This document shows, piece after piece, positions 26,023 to 37,800 of a stretch of 64,000 nt of DNA. Position 1 is the stretch's first letter, and every line of letters starts with the position of its first letter. The notes below the pieces were generated by a model that was given only the letters and a program-made list of their open reading frames with translations, did no database searches and had not been told where the DNA came from. The stretch is taken from positions 372,001 through 436,000 of the forward strand of contig OZ218951.1 in assembly GCA_965112735.1 (NCBI GenBank). Direction: 5' to 3'. A program made the position numbers and the translations under genes. Origin of the DNA: Phaeosaccion multiseriatum (Eukaryota > Protista > Ochrophyta, other classes).

Positions 26023-26381
26023 CACGCACAGCTCTTGTTGCAGAGCACTTGCTTGTTGGTTGGTCAATGTGCCTCAGAGTAGAAAGAAAAAGACCTGATT
26101 GACAAAAAAAAATTGAAGGAAAGTTAGCAGGTCACGTCACTGTGAAAGTTAGAAGATCACGTCACTGTTTCAAGCATTTTTTTCACTTCGGGCCGAAACA
26201 TCACTTTGGGCCGAAACATAATCCAGTGAAAAATCCAGCTCTCTGACAGCGATGAAGCCCCTCCTTCAGCAACAGCACAAGTCATTAAAAAGGTTTCAGT
26301 TTTTTTGAAAGAGCTGGCTCTAAAGTTTGAGTTTCAGTATTGCCACACGACGGTTACAGAATCGGAATTGTGGTATGTCTT

Positions 26382-28475
26382 TTAAAAAGGAGTGCCAACG
26401 TCCTTGATCTGTGTGGCCAATGTGGACTGGAGCTTGCCATCTTCGAGCTTCACACCGTTGTGAGTCATTGGACTCCACCACTTGGCTGGTACCATTCTGG
26501 TCTTGTCGTGGAGCAGGTCATTCCCTTTGTTTATGAGACCTACGTCTCTTTCTTTTCCGACCGTCAGTGCCAAGTTGGTAAGCACCATTTCCAGGTTGTG
26601 GTAGTGTCCTATAAAGGCCAAGTCTCCCTTCCAAGCATCCGGATGCATGATCCATGGAGTCCAGAAGTTGTGCAGCAGATTGGTGTGTAGAATATACTTT
26701 TCGTGCTGCGAGTCGACGCCGAAGCCAAGCTTGGACCCCACAGGGCCGAGTAGACTACGAAAGGGGCCGAGTACCGCAAGTATTGCAGCCTTGACGCTCG
26801 ATTTGGGGGAATACCCCTCGAAGAATGTCTCGACAGGATCGAGGCGGAAAGCTTTTCCTACATGTACATAGGACCCTGCAACGACATTTGCTGGCACCGG
26901 TACAAGATCTCCTCGTTGATAATAGTGTTTGAAGTCGACGTTGAAGTCATCGAAAGCTTTGCCAAGGGCTTTGCTTCCTACAGCAGGACTGGAAAAGACC
27001 GTGCCTCGCACTTGGACGTACTCACCTGGCTCGGATGCTTTCGTCCACTTCTCTTTTTCGATCTGCAACACACAGTCAAGAGCAGAGACGGTTGCAAGTG
27101 CAGCACCAAGACTGTGCCCGGTCACAGTGATGGTGTCGACGGTCTTCTTGCTACACATATCTCGGACAATGTGACGCACGGCGGTAGCCAGGGACTGCTC
27201 TTTTTCAAAGTCTTTGTCTGGCTCCTTGTTCTGGACAGGTTGTACGAGATTCTTCAGGAGCGGGATTCCCTCCCCCACCTCCGCCAAAAGGCTGCCAAAG
27301 TCTCTGGTCCATGAAGAGGAGGAGGGGGAAGGGGGAGAGGGAGATGGTCTCGCAGGAGCAGTAGCAGGAGCAGTAGCAGTAGCAGTAGCAGTAGCAGTAG
27401 CAGTAGCAGTAGCAGTAGCAGTAGCAGTAGCAGTAGCAGTAGCAGTGGGGAACGTCTTGCCTGATGATTCCATTTCCTTCCCCTCGCCATCACGCGCGTA
27501 TAGACCCAAAAAGCCCCTGTGAATACCAATATTGTATACAGTTGTTGTCTTGTGCACAGTTTTTTGCGGGAGGAAGGGCATCAGGAGGAGCCAGCGTACC
27601 CAGGATATCCACAACCTCTCTGCCTCTTTGCGCTTGTGCCACAGAACCATGCCAAGCTTGACATCCTCGTGCCATTCTGATTCAGTGATGGTCCCTCTGA
27701 ACACGAGAGTGAGGTCTTTGGTGCTCGGTGTGTAGCCCACAAACCCGGCGAAGGTCGGGCGTTCACTCGTTGCCAGATAGCTCTGTGCCGTGGAGAAAAG
27801 CACTCGCACTACCGTAAAGTCGTCTGGGATCTCCTTGACGTTCGACTTCAAGAAGGCCTCGAGTAGGTCCTTCTGGTCTTTGCCATCGAGGTCTACCTCT
27901 CGCTGAAGGAGGCACTTTCCATAGTTGAGATTCGTCTTGTCCCACACGAACAGATCGTAGACAGCTTGAACCAGCTCTCCGTACATAATGTCGCTACTTA
28001 CGGCCGCACGTATCGCCATCTTGCCGCTGCCGTCTTCTTCCTTCTCCATTGCTTTTCGCAAAGAGGCTTTTGCATCCGGTAATCGCATCTTGAAGAAGAC
28101 CTCCAGGTACTTGTATCCGGCAAAGAGACCTGTCGTAAGTAACAAGAGAACGCAGGCGTTTTGTACGCCTTGTGGCATCCGTTCAAAAAGGTCTCCAGTC
28201 TTTGTGAGGAGAGTTCCGACCGGGTCAGGCATTACTCTCCGAAAGAGATAGGACGCTTCGGTCAGTATGTTGCCGCCTCTCAGTGCTGTTGTGGTGGCGA
28301 CAATGAGAGGTACTGTCGTTCTTCTCATGTCGCAGGTGGATCTGTTCGGTATTCGTCGACAGTCCCCTGCTTTATGTACGGGCAGAGAAACGAAGGCTTG
28401 TGTTGGTGGAGCCACGAGGTGGACCGAACATACTACAATGAAGGCATGCGCGAAGAAGCGTCGTGAAAGCAGCAT
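26382..28475 (-). CDS. Class 3 lipase / phospholipase A1-like, intronless, with signal peptide + TQA-FVS motif and (TA)n insert
   Basis: LVFRGT lid motif, IHRGF, ITVTGHSLGAALA nucleophile elbow, FSSPAVG, GDLVPVP, C-terminal HNLE and RDVGLINK. Confidence 0.85.
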   Translation of the reverse strand: MLLSRRFFAHAFIVVCSVHLVAPPTQAFVSLPVHKAGDCRRIPNRSTCDMRRTTVPLIVATTTALRGGNILTEASYLFRRVMPDPVGTLLTKTGDLFERMPQGVQNACVLLLLTTGLFAGYKYLEVFFKMRLPDAKASLRKAMEKEEDGSGKMAIRAAVSSDIMYGELVQAVYDLFVWDKTNLNYGKCLLQREVDLDGKDQKDLLEAFLKSNVKEIPDDFTVVRVLFSTAQSYLATSERPTFAGFVGYTPSTKDLTLVFRGTITESEWHEDVKLGMVLWHKRKEAERLWISWVRWLLLMPFLPQKTVHKTTTVYNIGIHRGFLGLYARDGEGKEMESSGKTFPTATATATATATATATATATATATATAPATAPARPSPSPPSPSSSSWTRDFGSLLAEVGEGIPLLKNLVQPVQNKEPDKDFEKEQSLATAVRHIVRDMCSKKTVDTITVTGHSLGAALATVSALDCVLQIEKEKWTKASEPGEYVQVRGTVFSSPAVGSKALGKAFDDFNVDFKHYYQRGDLVPVPANVVAGSYVHVGKAFRLDPVETFFEGYSPKSSVKAAILAVLGPFRSLLGPVGSKLGFGVDSQHEKYILHTNLLHNFWTPWIMHPDAWKGDLAFIGHYHNLEMVLTNLALTVGKERDVGLINKGNDLLHDKTRMVPAKWWSPMTHNGVKLEDGKLQSTLATQIKDVGTPF

Positions 28476-28654
28476 GGTGGTATTCGTCGACAAACACGCA
28501 CACACGCACGCACGCACGCACGCACGCACACACCCCTCCTTTACTGTATGAGTAGAGAAAGAACGGCTGTGGTACCAGCTGTGGTACCAGCTGTGGTAGC
28601 AGCTGTGGCACAAGCTGTGGCACAAGCAAGTGCCTGGTCCTGGTCGTGCGACTT

Positions 28655-29938
28655 TCACGACAGCTTCGGTACAGCGGCCTTGTCCGTGTCCACGCGGTAC
28701 AAAGGGTTTCGAAGGCGGTATGGGATGGAGGTCAAGGAGTCTTGTAGTGGTCCACTTTCGTAGATGTTCGTAATTTCGTCGAGGGAGATGACGTGATTGA
28801 AGAACTGCATGTTCACGAGTTCTCCTCGGAAAGCTCGTATGTTCAAAGCGGGCTTGCTACCCACGAACACTTTACCGATGGAGCTCCCCAGAATCTTGGA
28901 GGTGGCATCCCCGCATGGGGCAACACTATTGCGCAAGGAGACATTGTCCACCACTTCGCCGTCCATAAAGAGAGTGATGAGGGAGTTGTTTGCAACGAGA
29001 GTCATGTTCACCCAACGCTGGAGCGGGACGTAGTTGGCTTTGAGATTGACGAAACGACAATTGTCCGCTAAGAAAGCAGGCGCAATCCCGGGTTCCTCTG
29101 AGTACAAGGAGTTATTCTCACCAAACACGGTCCGGAGCTTGAAGACCATCTTATTGGATCGCTTTTGGAGAACGACCGCAGTGCTCACATCGTTCCACTT
29201 AATGTCGCCGTCTGCGTTCTCATGTGAGCGAAGCAGTACAGTTTTGTCCTGGGACAACTCGGAAAGGTTGTCGATATAGATCCAGAAGGAGTAGGTGAAT
29301 TCGCGTCCATTCTTTAGCTGCGGGTAGTTACCAACGACTTTGGCGAGATGTTTCTGCGACGGCCGTACAGGATCAAGGAGGAAGCGACTGCCTTTCTGGG
29401 ACCTGTTCTTGAAGAAGCTATACACGAGGGCCAACACAATGAAAAGCAGGACGACACTACATATGATAAGCATCGTGGTCACTATTTCGTTTCTGGTCTT
29501 GCTCCAGAAATCAGTCAGCTGTTTGGACAATCCCGGGGAAGGAGACTCCTTCACCTCCAACACCCCTTCTGGCATCGGTAGTCGAGTCGTCCCAGTGTTT
29601 AGATTGAGACCACCGTCTATCCGCGGACCATCTCCGCCTCCGGAACCTCGATCGAACCCACCGTCTCTCCTCGGGCCTCCTCCGGAACCTCGATCTGGGT
29701 ACCCTTTCCCTCTCCCACGATCTAGTTTCGAGGACCATCCACCTCCTCCAGCAGGTCCAGGCGCATCTTGTCTCTTTCCACCTCCACCCCCATCAGCGTC
29801 TCTCGTGGACCCTTTCCCTCCTTTCCACCATTCTACTTTGTCTCGTCCTCCTCCTCCTCCTCCTCCTCCACCTTCCGGTCCCATACCCCTCCTCGTTCCT
29901 TGACTAGCCTCCCCTGATCCTGACCCTCGTAGACCGTT

Positions 29939-29984
<46 letters not shown>

Positions 29985-29985
29985 A

Positions 29986-30038
<53 letters not shown>

Positions 30039-30256
30039 ACTCCTGCTCCTGCTCCTACTCCTGCTCCTCTTCCCTCAGTAGGTCCTGTTTGGATTGGCCG
30101 GTCAGACCTTCCGGGCAGGAAAGTCTTCTTCGATCCCTGCAGTTCTGACAAGTCTGGTAAGGGCCCGTATCGGATCGGTGCTGGCATGGCTGGACCTGCT
30201 GCCCCGCCACCAGACTCTGGTTGAAAAGGATTGTCAACCTTCATGTTTTCTTCCAT
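28655..30256 (-). CDS. Membrane-anchored LamG/concanavalin-A-like protein with Gly-rich N-terminus
   Basis: TM segment, FTYSFWIYI, VPLQRWVN, LFMDGE, as in NCLDV LamG proteins. Confidence 0.75.
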
Positions 30257-30327
30257 GGTTTTACTTATGCCAGAGATTTTCCTTTACCAGGATTACATTT
30301 TTCTTGCGTGATTGTAAAAGGGTGTAC

Positions 30328-33300
30328 ATGTCTCTGCGACACAAGGAATGGTTTCTTCCAAATCGCGTTGGCTTTTACACGTGGATCAACCAGGAGTTCT
30401 TTGGCACCAATAGTGATGGCACGCCTCTACCCGAGCCAGCCCAAGAGCAGGACCAAGAGCAGGACCAGGAGCAGGACCAAGAGCCAGACCAAGAGCCAGA
30501 CCAAGAGCCAGACCAAGAGCCGGACCCAGAGCAGGAGCCAGAGCAGGAGTCAGAGCAGGAGTCAGAGAAGGGGTCAGAGCAGGACCAGGAGCAGCAGGGA
30601 CCAGAGCAGGAGTCAGAGAAGGGGTCAGAGCAGGAGTCAGAGAAGGAGTCAGAGCAGGGCCAAGATGGGGAACAGCATCAACCGAGCGACAGAGAAGGAC
30701 ACGCAGATAAGAGACCTGCTTCTGACGCAGTAAAACTGGGTGGAGGCTCGACCGGAGAAGATGAAAGTCGCGTACCGGATAGCGTGCTTCCTCCCATACG
30801 CGGCGCGAAGAGTTATGCAGACGATGGAGATGATCAATCCGATGAGAATAGTGATAGTGATAGTGAAAGTGAAGAAGGGAAAGACGAAGCGAGTGATAAG
30901 GAAGGACGTCAGTCTGAGAAGACGACGGAAGCAACCCAAGAGCCCCAACCAGACTTGCAGGTGACGGTGAATAGAGTTGGAAATAGGAACGCGAAGGGCA
31001 ACGAGAAGGGGAAGGAACAGGGTATGGGGGACGAGGAGAAGATGGACAGAGAGAGTGAGGCTAACAAACCAGGTGAAGGAGAGAAGCAGGGCGATGAACC
31101 ATTGGGCGAAGCGAGGATGGAGAATGACGACGACGAGAAGAAGGAGGGCGCAGATAACGAAAGGCGCGAAGGAGAGAAGGAGAACGCAGAGGAAGGGGAG
31201 GGTGAGGAGGAGGAGAAGAAGAAGGAGAGCGCAGAGGTAGGAGAGGGTGGGGAGGAGGAAAAGGAGGACGCAGAGGAAGGGAAGGGCGAAAAGGAGGAGA
31301 AGGAGAAGGAGAAGGAGAAGGATGAAGAGGAGGAGAAGGAGATCATAAAGTTCTTCCCTCACCAGAAGTTTGTTCGCGACTACCTACAGGAGTACAGTCC
31401 GTACCGTGGACTGCTCCTCTATCATGGCCTTGGATCAGGAAAGACTGCTACCGCCATTCTGACGAACGACTTTATCGACAAGTCAAACAAAACCGTGGTC
31501 CTTTTACCCAAGTATCTGAAGACGAATTTCATCCAGGAGATTCGCAAGTTCGGTGTCAAGAGCTTGAGCGAGTATGAGTTCATCCACTATGATGGCTTCA
31601 GAGAAGGGGTGGAAGACAAGTACCCGCCCGAGTTCTTTGCCAACAAAACGATTATCATCGACGAAGTGCACAACTTTATTCGACAATGTGATAACTTGAC
31701 GTTAGCCAAGCATCTCTGGTCCAGTATATTCGTGGCGGAGGACATCAAGCTTCTTTGTCTCTCAGGGACTCCCGTCGTGAACAAGCCTCAGGAGCTGTCG
31801 CTGTTGCTGAATCTGCTCAAGGGTCCTCAAGACATTTACGTCATTCCGGTCGCCAGTGAGAACCTCTTCCAAACCTTGCAAACGCTCGCCGAAAAGACAC
31901 GGAAGGTGGACCAACTCGTGTACGATCAGTATCGGAAGGAGGCACGATTCACAATGGTCCCTAGGCGATTTGAGCTCTCTCCCAGCGGGAAGCCGACCGT
32001 GATGTACAATCCGGAAGTTATGGCACACGAAGACGTGATTCAGAACGTGGAAGAGCTCGTAGGGGGCAAGGTCGAGAGACAAATGAACGTGGCCTTGCCG
32101 ATCGACTTGCAAACGTTTGAGAAGAACTTCATCGACTACTCGAGCGGGTCGGCCAAGAACCACAGCCTATTTATGCGTCGTATTCTGGGAACTGTTAGTT
32201 TCTTCGAAGTACGCAATATGAACCTGTACCCTGAGGTCGAAAAGCTAGAGATTGTGGAAGCTGTCATGGGGGAGCATCAGTTCTCGCAGTACGTCCGGAT
32301 GCGACAGTTGGAGATAAAGCTAGAGGAAGACCAGAAGCGCTTCCGCAAGAAGGGCGACGAGATTTCGGTCTCCAATTACCGCGCATACTCCAGAATAGCA
32401 GGGAACTTTGTGTTCCCGAAGAGTTTGCACAGGCCCATCAAGCAGCACATACGCATCGACGTAAAGAAGGGGGACGCCGACAATAACGAGTTGGCTGCGA
32501 ACGCAAATACGAGTAAGCATGTAGACAAGCTATACCAAGCGAGACTGGTCGAGATTACAACGAAGCTCCTGGAACAGCAAGAGAAGTATCTGGGCAAGGA
32601 CAGAGAGTTGCGCATTCACTCGCCGAAGTACTTTCACCTTCTGCAGAACATGGAGGATATGGACAAGTGTGAGGGGAATGTATTGGTATACTCCGAGTAC
32701 CGCAACCTCGAAGGCATCTTCTTATTCGCAGCGACACTGAATGCGAATGGGTATAGTGAAATGGACCTTCAGAAGCAAGGATCGGGCGGAAAATGGAAGG
32801 TCCGTGTCAAGGAGGGGCAAGACCCGCGCAAGAGGTACTACATCTATAACGACAACATGGAGCGCAATGCGCTGATGCTGAAGATCTTTAACAACGAGGT
32901 GAATGATGACGTGCGCGATCAACTGGAGAATCCGCACGTTTTGAATACGACCAATACGGAAGGGGAAAACTGCAGAGTCATGATGATCACCGCGTCCGGC
33001 TCAGAAGGCATCTCCCTCCGCAATGTGCGCTCGGTGCATATTCTCGAGCCTTTCTGGAACTACAATCGCATCAGTCAGGTGATTGGTAGATCTGCCCGAG
33101 CGTACTCCCATGCCGATCTCCCTCCGGAGAAAAGGAAGGTGAAGGTGTTTATGTACGTGGCCAAGCTTCCCGCGGAAGCAGACTACACGGAGACCACTAC
33201 GAGCGACGAACACCTGCTACAGACGGCCGAGTTCAAGAAGGGTATCACTGACCAATTCCTCACGCTGATGAAGCTCTCGGCAGTGGACTGCACGCGCAAT

Positions 33301-33594
33301 CCGATGACAAAGTGCTTCAACTTTGCAGGAGAAGAGAAGTTCGACGAGATCTACTACAACCCAGATCTAGAGGTCACAAACTTCAGCGAGAAAAACGATG
33401 AATCAGAGTACCAGCTCAAAGAGGACGCAGAGGCGGACAAGTACGTCCCTATTCAGCTAGATGACAAAGCTTACATATATCGAAAGACGGATGACGCCGT
33501 GTTCGACTACGACATCTATATTCAGAAGCGGGAAATGGTAGTGATAGGCTACCTTCGCTCCAACGATACGACGTACTACATCGAACCGCTGTGA
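30328..33594 (+). CDS. SF2 helicase of the poxvirus D6/D11 (early transcription factor/NPH-I-like) NCLDV group, with ~330-aa acidic low-complexity insertion
   Basis: HQKFVRDYL, SPYRGLLLYHGLGSGKT, IIIDEVHNF, LSGTP, SGSEGISL, VHILEPFWN, QVIGRSAR. Confidence 0.9.
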   Translation: MSLRHKEWFLPNRVGFYTWINQEFFGTNSDGTPLPEPAQEQDQEQDQEQDQEPDQEPDQEPDQEPDPEQEPEQESEQESEKGSEQDQEQQGPEQESEKGSEQESEKESEQGQDGEQHQPSDREGHADKRPASDAVKLGGGSTGEDESRVPDSVLPPIRGAKSYADDGDDQSDENSDSDSESEEGKDEASDKEGRQSEKTTEATQEPQPDLQVTVNRVGNRNAKGNEKGKEQGMGDEEKMDRESEANKPGEGEKQGDEPLGEARMENDDDEKKEGADNERREGEKENAEEGEGEEEEKKKESAEVGEGGEEEKEDAEEGKGEKEEKEKEKEKDEEEEKEIIKFFPHQKFVRDYLQEYSPYRGLLLYHGLGSGKTATAILTNDFIDKSNKTVVLLPKYLKTNFIQEIRKFGVKSLSEYEFIHYDGFREGVEDKYPPEFFANKTIIIDEVHNFIRQCDNLTLAKHLWSSIFVAEDIKLLCLSGTPVVNKPQELSLLLNLLKGPQDIYVIPVASENLFQTLQTLAEKTRKVDQLVYDQYRKEARFTMVPRRFELSPSGKPTVMYNPEVMAHEDVIQNVEELVGGKVERQMNVALPIDLQTFEKNFIDYSSGSAKNHSLFMRRILGTVSFFEVRNMNLYPEVEKLEIVEAVMGEHQFSQYVRMRQLEIKLEEDQKRFRKKGDEISVSNYRAYSRIAGNFVFPKSLHRPIKQHIRIDVKKGDADNNELAANANTSKHVDKLYQARLVEITTKLLEQQEKYLGKDRELRIHSPKYFHLLQNMEDMDKCEGNVLVYSEYRNLEGIFLFAATLNANGYSEMDLQKQGSGGKWKVRVKEGQDPRKRYYIYNDNMERNALMLKIFNNEVNDDVRDQLENPHVLNTTNTEGENCRVMMITASGSEGISLRNVRSVHILEPFWNYNRISQVIGRSARAYSHADLPPEKRKVKVFMYVAKLPAEADYTETTTSDEHLLQTAEFKKGITDQFLTLMKLSAVDCTRNPMTKCFNFAGEEKFDEIYYNPDLEVTNFSEKNDESEYQLKEDAEADKYVPIQLDDKAYIYRKTDDAVFDYDIYIQKREMVVIGYLRSNDTTYYIEPL

Positions 33595-33599
33595 GAACA

Positions 33600-34619
33600 T
33601 CAAAAGTCTTCGGCGGCGTCGAAAACGCGCTCGGAAGTGGCCTTTTGGTACTCCGACACTCTCTGCTCGAAAAAGTTCTGCTTGGTCTCGCAGGAGATCT
33701 TCTCCATAAAGCTGAAAGGACACGACGCATTGTATCGCTCGGGCACACCCAGCTGGATGAGGAGGCGGTCTGCAATGAACTCAATGTACTGTTTCATGAG
33801 GTCCATGTTCATGCCAATCATATCGCATGGGATGCTTTCTGTGATGAACTCCTTCTCGATCTCGACGGCCTCGTCGAAGATGGCGTGAATGGTCGACGTG
33901 TCTAGCTTGTGGGTAATGTGGTTGTTGTAGAGGAGGACAGCGAAATCTGTATGCAGTGATTCGTCTCGACTAATGAGGTCATTGGAGAAGGAGAGGCCAT
34001 GCATAAGCCCGAGGTCTTTCAGCCAATAGATGCTGCAGAACGCGCCACTAAAGAAGATGCCTTCGACAATGGCAAAGGCAATGAGGCGGGTGGCAAACGA
34101 ATCAGAAGACTCAATCCACTTCTGAGCCCAGTCTGCCTTCTTCTTGACACACGGGATCGTCTCAATCCCATTGAGCAGCCTCTCCTTCTCCTGGTCATCC
34201 TTAATATACGTATCGATAAGCAACGAGTATGTCTCATTGTGCACGTTCTCGATCATGATTTGGAACGCATAGAAGCATTTCGCTTCGATATACTGCACGT
34301 CGTTCATGAAGCGTGTGCCTAGGTTATCGTTCACGATACCGTCGCTCCCTGCAAAGAAGGCCAAGATATTGGAGATGAACTTGCGTTGACTGTCATTCAG
34401 CTTGTTATCCCAGTCACATTTATCATCAGCGAGGTTGATCTCTTCCGCCGTCCAGGTAACCGACTGGTGCTTTTTGTACATGTGCCAGATGTCCATATGC
34501 TCAATTGGAAAGACACTGAGACGGGATGTGTTTGGGTCCAAGATACGCTCACTAGCTTGACTAGGATCACTAGCTCCATTCGAGATGGTGATGTCTCTGG
34601 GTTCGTGTGCGGAGACCAT
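33600..34619 (-). CDS. Ribonucleotide reductase class Ia small subunit
   Basis: WTAEEI, LAFFAGSDGIVN, ENVHNETYS, VEGIFFSGAF, ISRDESLH, NFFEQRVSEY; intronless. Confidence 0.96.
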   Translation of the reverse strand: MVSAHEPRDITISNGASDPSQASERILDPNTSRLSVFPIEHMDIWHMYKKHQSVTWTAEEINLADDKCDWDNKLNDSQRKFISNILAFFAGSDGIVNDNLGTRFMNDVQYIEAKCFYAFQIMIENVHNETYSLLIDTYIKDDQEKERLLNGIETIPCVKKKADWAQKWIESSDSFATRLIAFAIVEGIFFSGAFCSIYWLKDLGLMHGLSFSNDLISRDESLHTDFAVLLYNNHITHKLDTSTIHAIFDEAVEIEKEFITESIPCDMIGMNMDLMKQYIEFIADRLLIQLGVPERYNASCPFSFMEKISCETKQNFFEQRVSEYQKATSERVFDAAEDF

Positions 34620-34804
34620 GCTGACCAATCCTTTGTCTGTGTTTAGAAAAAGGGGAGAGATAAATTCGACGGTCGCCGCTGAGGTTCCCTCTACTCTCTG
34701 TATATAAACCTATCTCTCTGTACTAAGCCTTAACCGCGCAGCCGGTCGAGTGGGTCCACTTCCTTGGTAAGCAGCTTACCAGTCTGAGAACGTTGCGCTT
34801 CCGG

Positions 34805-37800
34805 GATGATTCGCGACAGCATACAGCCTCGAGACCAATATGCCAAACTCTGTGCCTTCGCCTGTGAAATCAGAGGCCCACGCCCAGCATCGAGCTTCGT
34901 GAGCAGCTAGTCCAGTGTGTCTAGCCTCCTGTAGCGAAGTGTGGGGTCCCTACGCTCCTGGGATGAGCTTGTGGAGTGGCTCGAGCGATCCGTGATAATA
35001 TGGAGCCTCGAGACCAATTGACCAAACTATGCCTTCGCCTGTGAAATCAGAGGTCTCCGTCCGGTATCGAGCTTGATGAGCAGCTAGTCCAGTGTGTCTA
35101 GCACCCTGTAGCGAAGTGTGGGATCCCTACGCTCCTGGGATGAGCTGGTGGAGTGGCTCGAGTGATTCGCGACAATATGGAGCCTCGAGACCAATGTGCC
35201 AAACTATGCCTTCGCTTGTGAAATCACAGGTCCCCGTCCGGTATCGAGCTTGCTGAGCAGCTAGTCCAGTGTGTCTAGCACCCTGTAGCGAAGTGTGGGA
35301 TCCCTACGCTCCTGGGATGAGCTGGTGGAGTGGCTCGAGTGATTCGCGACAGCATACAGCCTCGAGACCAAATTGCCAAACTTTGCCCTCGCATGTGAAA
35401 TCAGAGGTCCCCGCCCAGTATCGAGCTTGCTGAGCAGCTAGTCTAGTGTGTCTAGCACCCTGTAGCGAAGTGTGGGATCCCTACGCTCCTGGGATGAGCT
35501 TGTGGAGTGGCTCGAGTGATTCGCGACAGCATACAGCCTCGAGACCAATGTGCCAAACTATGCCTTCGCATGTGAAATCACAGGTCCCCGCCCAGCATCG
35601 AGCTTGCTGAGCAGCTAGTCCAGTGTGTCTATTACCCTGTAGCGAAGTGTGGGATCCCTACGCTCCTGGGATGAGCTGGTGGAGTGGCTCGAGTGATTCG
35701 CGACAGCATACAGCCTCGAGACCAATTTGCCAAACTATGCCTTCGCATGTGAAATCACAGGTCCGCGCCCAGCATCGAGCTTCGTGAGCAGCTAGTCTAG
35801 TGTGTCTAGCACCCTGTAGCGAAGTGTGGGATCCCTACGCTCCTGGGATGAGCTTGTGGAGTGGCTCGAGTGATTCGCGACAGCATACAGCCTCGAGACC
35901 AATGTGCCAAACTATGCCTTCGCATGTGAAATCACAGGTCCGCGCCCAGCATCGAGCTTCGTGAGCAGCTAGTCTAGTGTGTCTAGCACCCTGTAGCGAA
36001 GTGTGGGATCCCTACGCTCCTGGGATGAGCTTGTGGAGTGGCTCGAGTGATTCGCGACAGCATACAGCCTCGAGACCAATGTGCCAAACTATGCCTTCGC
36101 ATGTGAAATCACAGGTCCGCGCCCAGCATCGAGCTTGCTGAGCAGCTAGTCCAGTGTGTCTAGCACCCTGTAGCGAAGTGTGGGATCCCTACGCTCCTGG
36201 GATGAGCTGGTGGAGTGGCTCGAGTGATCCGCGACAATATGAAGCCTCGATACCAATGTGTCAAATTATGCCTTCGCCTGTGAAATCAGAGGCCCGCCCG
36301 CAGTATCTAGCTTCGTGAGAACTTAGTCCAGTGTGTCTAGCACCCTGTAGCGAAGTGTGGGATCGATACGCTTCTGGGATGAGCTGGTGGAGTGGCTCGA
36401 GTGATTCGCGACAGCATACAGCCTCGAGACCAACTTGCCAAACTTTGCCCTCGCATGTGAAATCAGAGGTCCCCGCCCAGTATCGAGCTTGCTGAGCAGC
36501 TAGTCCAGTGTGTCTAGCACCCTGTAGCGAAGTGTGGGATCCCTACGCTCCTGGGATGAGCTTGTGGAGTGGCTCGAGTGATTCGCGACAGCATACAGCC
36601 TCGAGACCAATGTGCCAAACTATGCCTTCGCATGTGAAATCACAGGTCCCCGCCCAGCATCGAGCTTGCTGAGCAGCTAGTCCAGTGTGTCTAGCACCCT
36701 GTAGCGAAGTGTGGGATCCCTACGCTCCTGGGATGAGCTGGTGGAGTGGCTCGAGTGATTCGCGACAGCATACAGCCTCGAGACCAATTTGCCAAACTAT
36801 GCCTTCGCATGTGAAATCACAGGTCCGCGCCCAGCATCGAGCTTCGTGAGCAGCTAGTCTAGTGTGTCTAGCACCCTGTAGCGAAGTGTGGGATCCCTAC
36901 GCTCCTGGGATGAGCTTGTGGAGTGGCTCGAGTGATTCGCGACAGCATACAGCCTCGAGACCAATGTGCCAAACTATGCCTTCGCATGTGAAATCAGAGG
37001 TCCCCGCCCAGCATCGAGCTTGCTGAGCAGCTAGTCTAGTGTGTCTAGCACCCTGTAGCGAAGTGTGGGATCCCTACGCTCCTGGGATGAGCTTGTGGAG
37101 TGGCTCGAGTGATTCGCGACAGCATACAGCCTCGAGACCAATGTGCCAAACTATGCCTTCGCATGTGAAATCAGAGGTCCCCGCCCAGCATCGAGCTTGC
37201 TGAGCAGCTAGTCTAGTGTGTCTAGCACCCTGTAGCGAAGTGTGGGATCCCTACGCTCCCGGGACGAGCTTGTGGAGTGGCTCGAGTGATTCGCGACAGC
37301 ATACAGCCTCGAGACCAATGTGCCAAACTATGCCTTCGCATGTGAAATCACAGGTCCGCGCCCAGCATCGAGCTTGCTGAGCAGCTAGTCCAGTGTGTCT
37401 AGCACCCTGTAGCGAAGTGTGGGATCCCTACGCTCCTGGGATGAGCTGGTGGAGTGGCTCGAGTGATTCGCGACAGCATACAGCCTCGAGACCAACTTGC
37501 CAAACTTTGCCCTCGCATGTGAAATCAGAGGTCCCCGCCCAGTATCGAGCTTGCTGAGCAGCTAGTCTAGTGTGTCTAGCACCCTGTAGCGAAGTGTGGG
37601 ATCCCTACGCTCCTGGGATGAGCTTGTGGAGTGGCTCGAGTGATTCGCGACAGCATACAGCCTCGAGACCAATGTGCCAAACTATGCCTTCGCATGTGAA
37701 ATCACAGGTCCCCGCCCAGTATCGAGCTTGCTGAGCAGCTAGTCCAGTGTGTCTAGCACCCTGTAGCGAAGTGTGGGATCCCTACGCTCCTGGGATGAGC

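Noticed and set aside
26109-26116. AAAATTGA mimivirus-type early promoter motif
   Set aside because: Single occurrence in an A-run, oriented away from the adjacent gene.
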